A stretch of DNA of 35,319 nucleotides, from NCBI GenBank assembly GCA_037924335.1, contig JAXSMZ010000017.1, positions 1-35,319 on the forward strand, in the 5' to 3' direction. The notes beneath the pieces are model-generated. The model did not search any database. It saw only the letters and a list, made by a program, of their open reading frames with translations, and was not told the DNA's origin. This document shows, in pieces, positions 8,363 through 18,585 of this stretch. Made by a program: the position numbers and the translations under genes. The first letter of the stretch is position 1, and each line of letters starts with the position of its first letter. The DNA is from Aquificaceae bacterium (lineage in GTDB: Bacteria; Aquificota; Aquificia; Aquificales; Aquificaceae).

Positions 8363-8934
8363 TGATAAAGCTCCTTGTAGGGCTTGGCAATCCAGGCAAA
8401 AAGTACGAAAGGACACGTCATAATGTGGGCTTTATGGTTATCGATGAGATACTAAGAAAGCACAAAGTCAAAGACTATCAGGAAGCCTGCCTTTCGCATG
8501 TGTACAGAGCAAAGATATCAAACAGAGAGGTTATCCTTGCAAAGCCACAGACTTACATGAATAACTCTGGCCTTGCTGTGGTAAACCTTCTGGAAGAGTA
8601 CAACCTGGAGCCAAAGGAATCACTCATAGTTTACGACGACATAGATATGCCCTTAGGTAAAATAAGGTTAAGGCTGAGCGGTAGCAGCGGTGGACACAAT
8701 GGACTTGAGTCTATAATCAGGGAGATAAAGACGGAAAACTTTCCAAGGCTCAAAGTTGGCATAGGAAGACCAAAGGATAAAAATAAGGTTGTTGACTATG
8801 TGCTGTCTCCCTTTGAAAAGGAAGAGGAAGGCCTTCTCCACCGAGTGATAGAAAGGGCTGTGGAGTGTTTGATAAGATGCATGGAGCTATCTCCAAAAGA
8901 AGCTATGAACTTTTGCAACGCCCCCTTCATTTGA
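8362..8934 (+). CDS. pth: Peptidyl-tRNA hydrolase
   Basis: VGLGNPG, TRHNVGF, KPQTYMN.SG and GGHNGL motifs. Confidence 0.97.
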   Translation: MIKLLVGLGNPGKKYERTRHNVGFMVIDEILRKHKVKDYQEACLSHVYRAKISNREVILAKPQTYMNNSGLAVVNLLEEYNLEPKESLIVYDDIDMPLGKIRLRLSGSSGGHNGLESIIREIKTENFPRLKVGIGRPKDKNKVVDYVLSPFEKEEEGLLHRVIERAVECLIRCMELSPKEAMNFCNAPFI

Positions 8935-10906
8935 AATAAAACTCCTTTATCCTTCTTGCTATCCTCTCTCCCGTGAAGCCAAAGTGTTCCATAAGAACAT
9001 CTCCAGGTGCTGACATTCCAAAATTCTCAAGCCCAATGGCAAAGCCTTCGAGTCCCACATACTTATACCAGCACAAGCTTCTTCCAGCTTCTACGGCAAC
9101 CCTCCTTTTGATGTTCTTGGAAAGAAGATGATTTTTATACTCCTCCTCCTGAAGCTCAAAGACCTCAAAGGATGCCATGTTGATAACCCTTACCCTTATA
9201 CCCTCCCTTTGGAGTATCTCCTTGGCTTTCAGGGCAGGATGGACTTCTGAGCCGCTTGCCATAATTATGATGTCTGGGTCTCCATCGCACTCGGAGATTA
9301 TGTAAGCACCCTTTCTTATCCCTTCAGCTGATGGGTGCTTGCTTCTGTCTATTATGGGTAACTTTTGCCTTGTGAAGATGAGCGCGGTAGGACCATCCTT
9401 CCTCTGGATTGCCATGTCCCAAGCTACAGCCACCTCGTTGGCATCTGCAGGTCTTATAACCCACAAGTTAGGGATCAGCCTTAGAGAGCTGAGCTGTTCT
9501 ATTGGTTGGTGCGTAGGACCATCCTCCCCAAGCCCTATAGAGTCATGCGTAAAGACGTATATAACCTGAAGCTTTGACATGGCTGCCAGTCTTATAGAAG
9601 GTCTCATGTAGTCGGAAAAAACAAGGAATGTACCACCATATGGTAGAATTCCGCCATGGTAAGCCATGCCGTTGAGTATGCTACCCATAGCATGTTCCCT
9701 GACACCGTAATGAATGTTCCTACCCTTGGGGTTCTCAGCCAGAAAGTCTCCCAATCCATTTAGGTAGGTGTTGTTAGATTCAGAAAGGTCTCCAGAGCCT
9801 CCTACCATCATGGGAATATGCTTTGCTATGGAGTTTAGAACCTTTCCACTCGCTTGACGGGTTGCCATAGGGTCTGTAAAGAAAGGAATGCTTTTTCTGT
9901 ACTCTTTGCCCCAATCTTTCTTGAAAGCTCTTATAAGCTCCTCCGCAAGCTCTGGATACTTCTCCCTGTACGCTTCAAATAGCTTATTCCACTCCTCTTC
10001 AATCTTTTTTCCCTTTTCAATCCTTTCCTTTTGGTACTTATAAACCTCCTCTGGCAGATAAAAATCCTCCTCTGGCCATCCAAACCTTCTTTTAGTTTCA
10101 AGGACTGCATCCTTACCAAGGGGTGAACCATGAACGCTTGGGTCATCCTGCTTTGGACTTTTGTAGCCTATATGGGTTTTTACAGATATAAAAGAGGGCT
10201 TTTCTTTCTGCTCCATAGCTCTCCTTATTGTTTTCTCTATCTCCTCCAAGTTATATCCATCCTCCACTTGCCAAACGTACCAACCAAAAGCCTCAAACCT
10301 TTTGAGAACATTCTCAGACCAAGTAAGTGATACAGAACCATCTATTGAGATCCTGTTGTTGTCCCAGATCACTACGAGCTTGTTAAGCTTGAAGTGTCCA
10401 GCAAGCTGTCCCACCTCACAGGATACGCCTTCCATAAGGTCACCATCGCTCACCAATGCAAAAGTGTAGTGGTCTATTAGGTTAAAGCCATCCCTATTAA
10501 AATAGTTTGATAGGTACTTCTCCGCTATGGCCATGCCCACTGCGTTTCCTATTCCCTGTCCGAGAGGTCCAGTAGTAGCTTCAACGCCTGGTGTAAGATA
10601 GCTCTCTGGATGCCCAGGTGTCTTACTAAAAAGTTGTCTGAAGCTTTTGAGGTCTTCCAAACTGATGTCGTATCCCATTACAAAGAGAAGAGAGTAAAGC
10701 ATAGCACTTCCATGTCCAGCGGAAAGTACAAACCTGTCTCTGTTCACCCACTTTGGGTTTTTGGGGTTGAACCTTAGAAATCTATCAAAGACAATATAAG
10801 CTATGTGGGAAGCTCCAAGGGGCATGCCTGGATGTCCAGACTTAGCTTTTTCTACTTGGTCAACACTCAAGAAGCGTATGGTGTTAATCAAGAGTTCATG
10901 TTTCAT
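8927..10906 (-). CDS. tkt: Transketolase
   Basis: [21 protein letters not shown] and [16 protein letters not shown] motifs. Start placed at the second Met (MKHELL). Confidence 0.96.
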   Translation of the reverse strand: MKHELLINTIRFLSVDQVEKAKSGHPGMPLGASHIAYIVFDRFLRFNPKNPKWVNRDRFVLSAGHGSAMLYSLLFVMGYDISLEDLKSFRQLFSKTPGHPESYLTPGVEATTGPLGQGIGNAVGMAIAEKYLSNYFNRDGFNLIDHYTFALVSDGDLMEGVSCEVGQLAGHFKLNKLVVIWDNNRISIDGSVSLTWSENVLKRFEAFGWYVWQVEDGYNLEEIEKTIRRAMEQKEKPSFISVKTHIGYKSPKQDDPSVHGSPLGKDAVLETKRRFGWPEEDFYLPEEVYKYQKERIEKGKKIEEEWNKLFEAYREKYPELAEELIRAFKKDWGKEYRKSIPFFTDPMATRQASGKVLNSIAKHIPMMVGGSGDLSESNNTYLNGLGDFLAENPKGRNIHYGVREHAMGSILNGMAYHGGILPYGGTFLVFSDYMRPSIRLAAMSKLQVIYVFTHDSIGLGEDGPTHQPIEQLSSLRLIPNLWVIRPADANEVAVAWDMAIQRKDGPTALIFTRQKLPIIDRSKHPSAEGIRKGAYIISECDGDPDIIIMASGSEVHPALKAKEILQREGIRVRVINMASFEVFELQEEEYKNHLLSKNIKRRVAVEAGRSLCWYKYVGLEGFAIGLENFGMSAPGDVLMEHFGFTGERIARRIKEFYFK

Positions 10907-10966
10907 ATGTAAGCATTTTAACAAACTACTCAGAAAGTTGCACTACAAAAGCAATATAATATTATC

Positions 10967-11896
10967 ATGCACGACCTTATCATAGTAGGTGGGGGTCCTG
11001 CTGGTATATCTGCGAGCATCTATGCATCCAGGAAAGGAATGGACTTTTTGCTCATCACACAGTATGTGGGGGGACAGGTTCTGACCGCTGGCCAGATTGA
11101 AAACTACCTAGGTTATGCTATGGTGGACGGTGCAGTCTTTGTGGAGAGGATGATAGACCAGATGAACAAGCTAAGCGTTGAGCCTATCTTGGACGAGGTT
11201 GTTGATGTAGAGAAGATGGACAATGGTTTTAAAGTGAGGTGTCTGTCTGGTAATAGCTACAAGGCAAAGGTATTGCTTTTCTGCACTGGCTCTGAACACA
11301 AAAGGCTTGGGGTTCAGGGGGAAGAAAAGTACATAGGAAGAGGTGTCTCTTACTGCTACACGTGCGACTCTCCCTTTTTTAAAGGTATGAAGGTTTTAGT
11401 TGTTGGGGGTGGAAACTCGGGTTTTGAAGCAGCAGAACAGCTTACTGGTTATGCTACAGAGGTATACATAGCAGATATAAGTGATAGGTTTTTAGCCGAT
11501 GAAGTTCTTAGAGATAAGGTTCTGACCAATCCTAAGGTGAAGCCCCTTCTCAGGCATAGGGTTTTGGAGATTTTTGGAGACGAAAGGGGAGTAAAGGGTG
11601 CTCTTTTGGAGGATATGGAAAGGAACAGAATTTACACCCTTGAAGTTGAAGGTATCTTTGTGGAGATAGGTCTAAAGCCCAATTCGGACCTTGCCAAGAG
11701 ACTTGGTGTTTTGACCAACAGCCGTGATGAGATAATAATAGACTGCAACAACAGAACATCTCAGAGAGGTGTTTACGCCGCTGGAGATTGCACAAACATA
11801 TTTGCAAAGCAGATAATAACGGCGGCTGGTGAGGGTGCAAAGGCTCTTCTTTCTGTTTACCATGACATTACTTACGGTGTAAGCTCATGGACCTAG
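10967..11896 (+). CDS. Thioredoxin reductase-like FAD disulfide oxidoreductase (TrxB / AhpF C-terminal-like)
   Basis: GGGPAG, GVSYCYTCD redox pair, GGGNSG and GVYAAGD motifs. Confidence 0.88.
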   Translation: MHDLIIVGGGPAGISASIYASRKGMDFLLITQYVGGQVLTAGQIENYLGYAMVDGAVFVERMIDQMNKLSVEPILDEVVDVEKMDNGFKVRCLSGNSYKAKVLLFCTGSEHKRLGVQGEEKYIGRGVSYCYTCDSPFFKGMKVLVVGGGNSGFEAAEQLTGYATEVYIADISDRFLADEVLRDKVLTNPKVKPLLRHRVLEIFGDERGVKGALLEDMERNRIYTLEVEGIFVEIGLKPNSDLAKRLGVLTNSRDEIIIDCNNRTSQRGVYAAGDCTNIFAKQIITAAGEGAKALLSVYHDITYGVSSWT

Positions 11897-12528
11897 CTAA
11901 ATTTATAGACCACTCCATACTAAGACCCTATCATACTCTAAAGGAACTTGAGGAAGAGATAAAGAAGTGCATAGAGTTTGGAGTTTACGGTGTATGCGTA
12001 AATCCCTTTTGGGTAAAAAAAGCCAGAGAGATTGCTGGTGAAAGTCTCAAGGTATGCTCCGTTATCTCCTTTCCCTTTGGGCTTGTACCAAAAGAGCAGA
12101 AGCTTTATCAATCCTTGAAAGCTATTGAGGATGGTGCCGATGAGCTTGATATAGTTATGAACGTATCAGCCCTAAAGAGTGGACTTATAAAATACGTAAG
12201 GGAGGAGCTTTTAACCATAGGGAGGCAGACAGAAGACGTTGTAAGAAAGGTTATAATAGAAACTGCCTATCTAAACCAGGAAGAAAAAATGCTCGCTTTA
12301 GAGGCTGCTGTGGATGCTGGCGTGGAGTTTATCAAGACATCTACAGGCTATGCTCCCCAAGGTGCAACAGAAGAAGATGTAAAACTCCTTGTGGAAGCAT
12401 CCAAAGGTCGCATAAGAGTGAAAGCCTCTGGTGGGATAAAAAGGCGTAAGGAAGCCGAAAGGTTTATGCTTCTTGGTGCAAGCAGGATAGGCACAAGCAG
12501 TACCTTTAGCATTCTCTCAGAAAAGTGA
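11887..12528 (+). CDS. deoC: Deoxyribose-phosphate aldolase
   Basis: IDHSIL, GADELD, KVIIET, FIKTSTG, VKASGG and RIGTS motifs. Confidence 0.95.
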   Translation: MDLAKFIDHSILRPYHTLKELEEEIKKCIEFGVYGVCVNPFWVKKAREIAGESLKVCSVISFPFGLVPKEQKLYQSLKAIEDGADELDIVMNVSALKSGLIKYVREELLTIGRQTEDVVRKVIIETAYLNQEEKMLALEAAVDAGVEFIKTSTGYAPQGATEEDVKLLVEASKGRIRVKASGGIKRRKEAERFMLLGASRIGTSSTFSILSEK

Positions 12529-12541
12529 ATATTTATATATA

Positions 12542-13111
12542 ATGTATAACATGGGGACGAGTAGGAGAGGTACAAAAGAGAGGATACTTGAGTCAGCCCT
12601 AAAGCTTTTTTCCAAACAGGGGATAAGAGAAACAACCATAAAGGATATAGCTAAGGAGGTTGGGGTAACAGAGGGAGCCATATACAGACACTTTATCAGT
12701 AAGGATGAGATCATAAAAAAGCTCTTTGGTATATACTCAGAGGAGTTCTACAGAAGACTTACAAAAGCCATAGAGGTTGGGGATTACAGGGATAAATTTT
12801 ACAGAGCTGTTGAAGAGTTTCTTGCCTTCTGCTTTGAAAATCCCGAGGCTTTCAAGTATTTAGATATATTTCACTACCTGAGGAGTGAAGAGGTAAAGGA
12901 GTTTGAAAGGCTCCCAAAGGATGCTATATTGGAGCTTATAAAGGAAGGGATCAAAAAGGGGGTCATAAAAGTTCCCGCTGAGCTTGGCCTTGCCATGTTT
13001 GTGGGTACATTGGAGAGGGTTTTTCTCCTAACAGAAGCTGGCTTTATAGAGAGGGAAGAAAGCTTAGGACAGAAGACAGCAAACCTTCTTTGGAAGGCTC
13101 TCACCAACTGA
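12542..13111 (+). CDS. TetR/AcrR-family transcriptional regulator (start may be 12551)
   Basis: [16 protein letters not shown]...[19 protein letters not shown]. Confidence 0.92.
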   Translation: MYNMGTSRRGTKERILESALKLFSKQGIRETTIKDIAKEVGVTEGAIYRHFISKDEIIKKLFGIYSEEFYRRLTKAIEVGDYRDKFYRAVEEFLAFCFENPEAFKYLDIFHYLRSEEVKEFERLPKDAILELIKEGIKKGVIKVPAELGLAMFVGTLERVFLLTEAGFIEREESLGQKTANLLWKALTN

Positions 13112-13125
13112 ATTATACTATATCT

Positions 13126-14313
13126 ATGAAACTACCAGACGAAAGAGGATACTTTGGCAGTTTTGGGGGGAAGTTTATCCCAGAAACTCTCATGCTAGCC
13201 CTTGAGGAGCTTGAGGAGGAGTACCAGAAAGCTAAAGGCGACGCTTCCTTTTGGGAGAGCTTTAGGTATTACCTTAAAAATTTTGCAGGAAGGCCTACTC
13301 CCCTTTACTTTGCCAAAAACTTAACAGAGCATGCTGGTGGAGCTAAGGTATACATAAAGAGGGAGGACCTTTTGCACACTGGAGCTCACAAGATAAACAA
13401 CACAATAGGCCAGGCCCTTCTGGCAAAAAGGATGGGCAAGAGGAGAATAATAGCCGAAACTGGAGCTGGCCAGCATGGGGTCGCTACTGCCACAGCCTGC
13501 GCCCTTTTGGGTCTTGAATGTGTTGTTTATATGGGAGAAGAGGATGCAAGCAGGCAGGAGCTAAACGTGTTCAGGATGAGGCTCTTAGGTGCGGAGGTCA
13601 GAGTGGTGAAAAGTGGGAGCAGGACTCTGAAGGATGCAATAAACGAAGCTCTCAGAGACTGGGTCACAAACGTGGAAAACACACATTACATAATAGGCTC
13701 CGTTGTAGGTCCCCATCCTTTTCCTATGATAGTAAGAGACTTTCAGAAGGTCATAGGTGAAGAGGCAAAGGCTCAGGTTCTTGAGGTCGAAGGGAAGCTT
13801 CCAGATGTAGTGATTGCCTGCGTAGGAGGTGGCTCCAATGCCATGGGTATATTCTATCCTTTTGTAGAGCATCAAGAGGTTAGGCTCATTGGCGTTGAAG
13901 CTGCTGGTCTTGGTATAAACACTGGTAAGCATGCAGCATCCATAAACGGGGGTAGTGTTGGTGTGCTTCATGGAATGAAATCTTACTTTTTGCATGACGA
14001 GGAAGGTCAAATTTTACCCACCCATTCTATATCCGCAGGCCTTGATTACCCTGGGATAGGACCAGAGCATGCCTACCTTTTTGAGACCAAAAGGGCAGAA
14101 TACACATACGCTACGGATGAAGAGGCACTTGAAGGCTTTAAGCTTCTTTCTAAGCTTGAGGGTATAATACCAGCCCTTGAGCCAGCCCATGCTGTTTTAA
14201 AGGTTATAGACCTTTCAAAGGAGATAGGAAAAGGAGGCATAGTCCTTTTTAATCTCTCGGGGAGAGGTGATAAGGATATGTTCCATGTTATGAAATTTCT
14301 GAAAGTGTATTAG
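13126..14313 (+). CDS. trpB: Tryptophan synthase beta chain
   Basis: [41 protein letters not shown] and NLSGRGDKD motifs. Start at ATG 13126 ([11 protein letters not shown]). Confidence 0.97.
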   Translation: MKLPDERGYFGSFGGKFIPETLMLALEELEEEYQKAKGDASFWESFRYYLKNFAGRPTPLYFAKNLTEHAGGAKVYIKREDLLHTGAHKINNTIGQALLAKRMGKRRIIAETGAGQHGVATATACALLGLECVVYMGEEDASRQELNVFRMRLLGAEVRVVKSGSRTLKDAINEALRDWVTNVENTHYIIGSVVGPHPFPMIVRDFQKVIGEEAKAQVLEVEGKLPDVVIACVGGGSNAMGIFYPFVEHQEVRLIGVEAAGLGINTGKHAASINGGSVGVLHGMKSYFLHDEEGQILPTHSISAGLDYPGIGPEHAYLFETKRAEYTYATDEEALEGFKLLSKLEGIIPALEPAHAVLKVIDLSKEIGKGGIVLFNLSGRGDKDMFHVMKFLKVY

Positions 14314-14334
14314 AAACTAGTCACTGAAATTATA

Positions 14335-14773
14335 GAAACCTATTGATAAATGTAGCAGTGCGGAGTGTCATTAAAAGAAGCTTGCTTTTCTCTCTGGACT
14401 TTGCAAACACAGGCAAGTTAGACTTCCTTGAAAACCTCTCCAATAACTATTTCAGAGATTGGAAGCTGTGTTCTAACATAGAGGTTTTAAAGAAAGATGG
14501 CAAGTGGTATTTAAAAGAAGCTAATCGCTACCTCAGAAGGAGAGACCTCTGGAGAGGATATAAAGGAGATAATAGAGAAGAGGATAGAACTCAAAAAGCA
14601 AGGTTCAAAGAATTGGAAGAGGGCAAAGCACTTTTTGAAGACAGAGATAAACAGGATACTCAAAAGAGTAATAGATGGCAGTTTTTCACCTGTAAGAATG
14701 TTCTTCTGCGGTTCACAAGGGAGCTTATAGTCCCCTTGCCTGCGAAATCTTATCCTTAGGGTGAGAAACTATA
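14335..14773 (+). mobile_element. tnpB: Miniature, multiply deleted tnpB element (non-autonomous; tnpB pseudogene)
   Basis: 14696-14747 matches 184-235 at 50/52 nt. Protein fragments in two frames: KRSLLFSLDFANTGKLDFLENL..., KKLIATSEGE...KTEINRILKRVIDG (from 14515) and NVLLRFTRELIVPLPAK. No zinc finger or RuvC catalytic motifs. Right end at ACTATA; left end inferred after TATA 14331-14334 and less certain. Confidence 0.8.
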
Positions 14774-14793
14774 CATCACCCTCCACATTCTTC
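14696..14793 (+). ncRNA. Putative second omegaRNA scaffold (to 14773) plus guide CATCACCCTCCACATTCTTC
   Basis: Same fold as copy 1, with a shortened stem 14748-14755/14759-14766 and pseudoknot TATAGT (14726-14731)/ACTATA (14768-14773). Confidence 0.62.
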
Positions 14794-14876
14794 TCATTAG
14801 GTGTAATAGTCCTTTATATCTTTTTGTTTGTAAAGATCAGTGGATACGGTTATTATGGTCTATAATTTATTGCAAA

Positions 14877-15521
14877 ATGTGGAATTTTTATACAGTCTCG
14901 ATACCCGTTGACAGTGAGGAAATTAATGGAGATTTAAACATACCTGAGAACCCAAGGGCCCTAATACTATTTGTACATGGTAGTGGAAGCAGCAGACTAA
15001 GCCCAAGGAACAGGTTCGTGGCAGATTATCTTAATAAAAATGGTCTTGCCAGCTTTCTCTTTGACCTTCTGACCCCTTCCGAGGAAAGGAGAGATATCCA
15101 TACTGCAGAGTATCGGTTCAACATACCCTTTCTTACAGAAAGGCTCCTTCTGGCTATAGACTGGATAAAGAAAGATGAGAGAGTAAAGTACCTTAAAATA
15201 GGCTTATTTGGCGCAAGCACTGGAGCAGCTTCTGCCTTGATAGCAGCGGCAAAAAGGAAGAAGGATATATACGCTGTTGTTTCGAGAGGAGGTAGACCAG
15301 ACCTTGCATGGGAACATCTTCAAGATGTAGAAGCACCAACTCTTTTGATCGTAGGAGGGCTAGACTACCCAGTTATAAAGCTCAATGAAGATGCCTATAC
15401 TCTTCTCAAATGCGAAAAAAAACTCATTGTAGTTAAAGGGGCAAGCCACCTTTTTGAGGAACCAGGGAAACTTGAAGAGGTAGCAAGACTTGCCACAGAT
15501 TGGTTTTTATCAAAGTTATAA
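14877..15521 (+). CDS. Dienelactone hydrolase-family alpha/beta hydrolase
   Basis: HGSGSSRLSPRN, GLFGASTGAA, VSRGGRPDL and HLFEE motifs. Confidence 0.88.
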   Translation: MWNFYTVSIPVDSEEINGDLNIPENPRALILFVHGSGSSRLSPRNRFVADYLNKNGLASFLFDLLTPSEERRDIHTAEYRFNIPFLTERLLLAIDWIKKDERVKYLKIGLFGASTGAASALIAAAKRKKDIYAVVSRGGRPDLAWEHLQDVEAPTLLIVGGLDYPVIKLNEDAYTLLKCEKKLIVVKGASHLFEEPGKLEEVARLATDWFLSKL

Positions 15522-15561
15522 GTAAATAAAAAAGCTTTCAGTAAAATTGCTAAGGTTTTTA

Positions 15562-15694
15562 TGCTTTGTCCAACATTATTGACGCACGCTTTAAAGTTAT
15601 TGAAACTCAAAGCTTTGACTAAGTATGATTTATATCATAAAATTTTAAGAAGAGCTTAAATACTTGCTTCTCTGCATATATATTAGACAAAGCA
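15562..15694 (-). mobile_element. 133-bp MITE of the same IS903-like family as 281-570, in opposite orientation
   Basis: Ends TGCTTTGTCCAA (15562-15573) and TTAGACAAAGCA (15683-15694). Perfect 9-bp direct repeat AGGTTTTTA at 15553-15561 and 15695-15703. Confidence 0.85.
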
Positions 15695-15904
15695 AGGTTT
15701 TTAAAAAAGGTGGTCGAAAAATTTAAAACTAAAAGTAGTAATGATATAGTAAATCAAATCATTGATATTAAAAGCCGTAAAAGATGTTTGGATAAAATTT
15801 TTATAATGGGTTCTTATGGTATGCATAAGAAATTTGAATAGAAAAATTATACAAAATATGTACAATTATAGCATGTAAGATTAAAACCAAAAGGAGGTTG
15901 TGCC

Positions 15905-16904
15905 ATGGGGAAGTTGAAAAGTGTACTGATGCTAGGTGCTCTTGGGCTTGTGCCGCAGGTATCCCATGCCATTGATATTAAGGTTAGCGAGGATGTTACC
16001 TTAAGTCTTGGGGCATGGCTCAAAGCTGGATAAAGGTGTAACTCCGGACCTGCGACTCGACGGGGTAAAGCATACGATAAGGTTGATTTTGCCTTGATAT
16101 GGATAGCTCCTGGTGTAGTAGATAACAAGGGGAATGCCTTAGGAAATGAGATGAGACTTATAGATGGCTTTATAAACTTCAATTTGGCTGATGAATTCAA
16201 GATAACAGCAGGACAGTTTAGAGCTCCATACACTAGATTACACCTATTTACAGGGATAAGGGGGTATCTTCCAGTATAGACTGGGACTCTTTGATGGCCT
16301 TTACAATAAGGGCGATGAAGTAAACGGACAAAAAATTGTGAAGGATAATTTGGCGTACACTGTTAGAGTGCAATTTTCGCCTACAATGCTGGGCTTCTCT
16401 CCTGAGACAGATTATGTAATGAGTGAAACATATCTGGGCCAGAAAGACATACTGACATTGGGGGGTGGATACTCCGCACAGAAATGGGAGACAGCAGCTA
16501 CTTCAAAAACTGCCAAAATGTGGACTGTTGACTTTCAGTTTGAGAAAAAGTTCGGTGATGTAGTCCCGAATTTTGGTGCTGGTTATATAGAAACAAAGGA
16601 CTTTTTACCTGCAGCTGTTCCATCAGATCCAACGGATTGTAGCCAGTTTAAAAAATGCAAACTAGTTTACGCGGATGGCCAACTTCTCTATGATCAGAAG
16701 GTAGGAGTAGGGAAACCGGGACTTGGCTTAAGATGGGAATACCAAAAACCTGACGGTGGTATGAAACTAAACAGATATCAAGTTTGGCTCAATTATTATC
16801 TTAATGGTCATGCAGCAAAGGTAATGGTTGGTGCGGATGTAATAGACCCAAGCCAAGGTTCAACTAGAACAAATGCAACAGTGGCAGCGCAGGTAATATT
16901 CTAA
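15905..16904 (+). pseudogene. Disrupted outer-membrane beta-barrel porin
   Basis: RBS AAGGAGGT; signal peptide MGKLKSVLMLGALGLVPQVSHA; in-frame TAA at 16031-16033; same frame continues (..FKITAGQFRAPY); frameshift near 16240-16270 into FQYRLGLFDG...; amphipathic beta strands ending in C-terminal Phe (AAQVIF). Confidence 0.8.
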
Positions 16905-16936
16905 ACTTTACCCACTATAGAGAGCCAAGCTCCTTT

Positions 16937-16960
16937 GCCCTACGGGGCTGCCCTTTTTTT
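16937..16960 (+). terminator. Possible intrinsic terminator downstream of the porin
   Basis: GCCC-TACG-GGGC hairpin followed closely by a T7 run. The stem is short. Confidence 0.4.
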
Positions 16961-17034
16961 AATCAATATATTATAAACCTCAAACGTGTTATGTCAAGGC
17001 CTGAAGAAAGGTTCTCCAAATCTCTTAAGGGCTT

Positions 17035-18558
17035 TTAAAACTTCTTTATTTCTATCCCATACTTGCGTATTCTATAATCGAGCTGTCTAAGTGTATACCC
17101 TAAGAGCTTGGCTGCTCTTGATTTTACATAACCAGTTCTTTCAAGGGCTTTTATTATCTCTTCCCTTTCTGTACTCTCTATAACTGCCAGCATATTTTTA
17201 GGGTCTTCTCTATGAAGGTCAACAAAGAAGTAAGAGGGAAGGTCATTCTCTTTTATGATTCCGTCTTTCAGTATGACAAGCCTTTCGATAGTATTCTCAA
17301 GCTCTCTTACATTGCCATACCAAGGATATTCTTTCATTAGCTCGATGGCCTTAAAGTCAACAGTGACCTTCTTACCATATCTTTGGTTGAAGACGCTCAG
17401 AAAGTGTTCGATCAGAACGGGTATGTCCTCCCTTCTTTCTCTTAAGGGTGGTATATGTATGGGAAGGACGCTTAGGCGGTAATAAAGGTCTTCCCTGAAC
17501 TCACCCTTTTGAACTAAGCTCTGTATATCCTTATTGGTTGCAGATATGATTCTAACGTCAACCTTAACGCTTCTTTCACTTCCTAATTTTTCTACTTCCT
17601 TCTCCTGAATAACTCTGAGTATCTTGGGTTGCAAAAAGAGCGGCATGTCGCCGATCTCATCCAAGAAAACCGTACCACCGTTAGCCAATTCAAACTTCCC
17701 CTTCTTCGATGTGTAGGCGCCGGTAAAGGCTCCCTTCTCGTAGCCAAAGAGCTCAGCCTCTAGCAGTGCCTCGGGTATGGCTGAACAGTTTATAGTTACA
17801 AAGGGTTTTTCCTTTCTATGGCTGAGAAAGTGTATGGCTTTGGCAACGAGGCTTTTTCCTGTACCGCTCTCTCCTGTTATCAGAACAGTTATGTCAGTCT
17901 GGGAGATCTTCTCTATTAACTCTATGAGGTTCTTTATGGCGACGCTCCTACCAATTATACCCTCAAGGTTGTACTTTTCACCCAATGCTTGGGTTAGCAA
18001 TCTTTTTTCCTCCTCCCACTCCTGCCTTTCCATGTTTATCTTCTCCTCCAACTTGTATAGCATTCCCACCATAGTGCCAAGTATGAGGAGCATCTCAACA
18101 GCCTTTTCCACGCTCTCCTTTCTGTGAAAACTCTTAAAGAGGGCAAGTACTCCTATTATCTCACCCCCTATCTTGATAGGCACGGCTATAAAAGATGCAT
18201 CATCCTCCAGTCTGTCCCTAAGGCCTGTCTTGTTTAGGTAAGAGCTTACGCCAAGGTCAGAGAGAACTACAGGTATACCGCTTTTGTAAACCTTACCTAT
18301 TATACCCTCACCCTTTCTGAAAAAAACCTTCTCCGCTTCATCCTCTGTGAGACCAAAAGCTTTTACTATCTTGAGGAGTTTAATATCCCTTCGGTAAAGG
18401 GCTATATAACTGTACTTTACATCCCAAAAAGAGTATAGGATCTTAAGTAGCTCTGTTACACTATCCAGAAAGTTTATCCCCTTGCTGAGTATCTTTGCAA
18501 CTTCGTTTATTATTGTGGTTTCTTTTGTGCTAAGCTGTTTCCTGCTTTGCTCATCCAT
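17035..18558 (-). CDS. NifA-like sigma54-dependent activator (GAF-AAA+-Fis HTH)
   Basis: N-terminal GAF (GEGIIGKV...FIAVPI), GESGTGKS, ELFGYEKGAFTGA, FLDEIGD, WYGNVREL and C-terminal HTH. Confidence 0.93.
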   Translation of the reverse strand: MDEQSRKQLSTKETTIINEVAKILSKGINFLDSVTELLKILYSFWDVKYSYIALYRRDIKLLKIVKAFGLTEDEAEKVFFRKGEGIIGKVYKSGIPVVLSDLGVSSYLNKTGLRDRLEDDASFIAVPIKIGGEIIGVLALFKSFHRKESVEKAVEMLLILGTMVGMLYKLEEKINMERQEWEEEKRLLTQALGEKYNLEGIIGRSVAIKNLIELIEKISQTDITVLITGESGTGKSLVAKAIHFLSHRKEKPFVTINCSAIPEALLEAELFGYEKGAFTGAYTSKKGKFELANGGTVFLDEIGDMPLFLQPKILRVIQEKEVEKLGSERSVKVDVRIISATNKDIQSLVQKGEFREDLYYRLSVLPIHIPPLRERREDIPVLIEHFLSVFNQRYGKKVTVDFKAIELMKEYPWYGNVRELENTIERLVILKDGIIKENDLPSYFFVDLHREDPKNMLAVIESTEREEIIKALERTGYVKSRAAKLLGYTLRQLDYRIRKYGIEIKKF

Positions 18559-18585
18559 GTAATTTAAAATATAATTTCAAATCCT

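Noticed and set aside
14343..14759. 138-aa ORF as a functional protein
   Set aside because: Chimera of TnpB fragments; its middle reads TnpB-like only in another frame.
15677..15694. The 17/18 guide match read as a TldR-style RNA-guided repressor site in the porin promoter
   Set aside because: The match is fully explained by shared transposon ends, the guide's first bases mismatch, and the visible RuvC-III Asp is intact.
15562..15694. TGCTTTGTC...GACAAAGCA read as enhancer sites for the NifA-like activator
   Set aside because: The flanking perfect 9-bp direct repeat and the second copy containing transposase fragments fit a MITE better.
15817..15840. Possible sigma54 -24/-12 promoter for the porin (TGGTATG...TTTGAA)
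   Set aside because: Spacing and the -12 element do not fit TGGCAC-N5-TTGC.
17035..18558. Nitrogen fixation locus
   Set aside because: Only the GAF-AAA+-HTH architecture is NifA-like; no nif genes are nearby.
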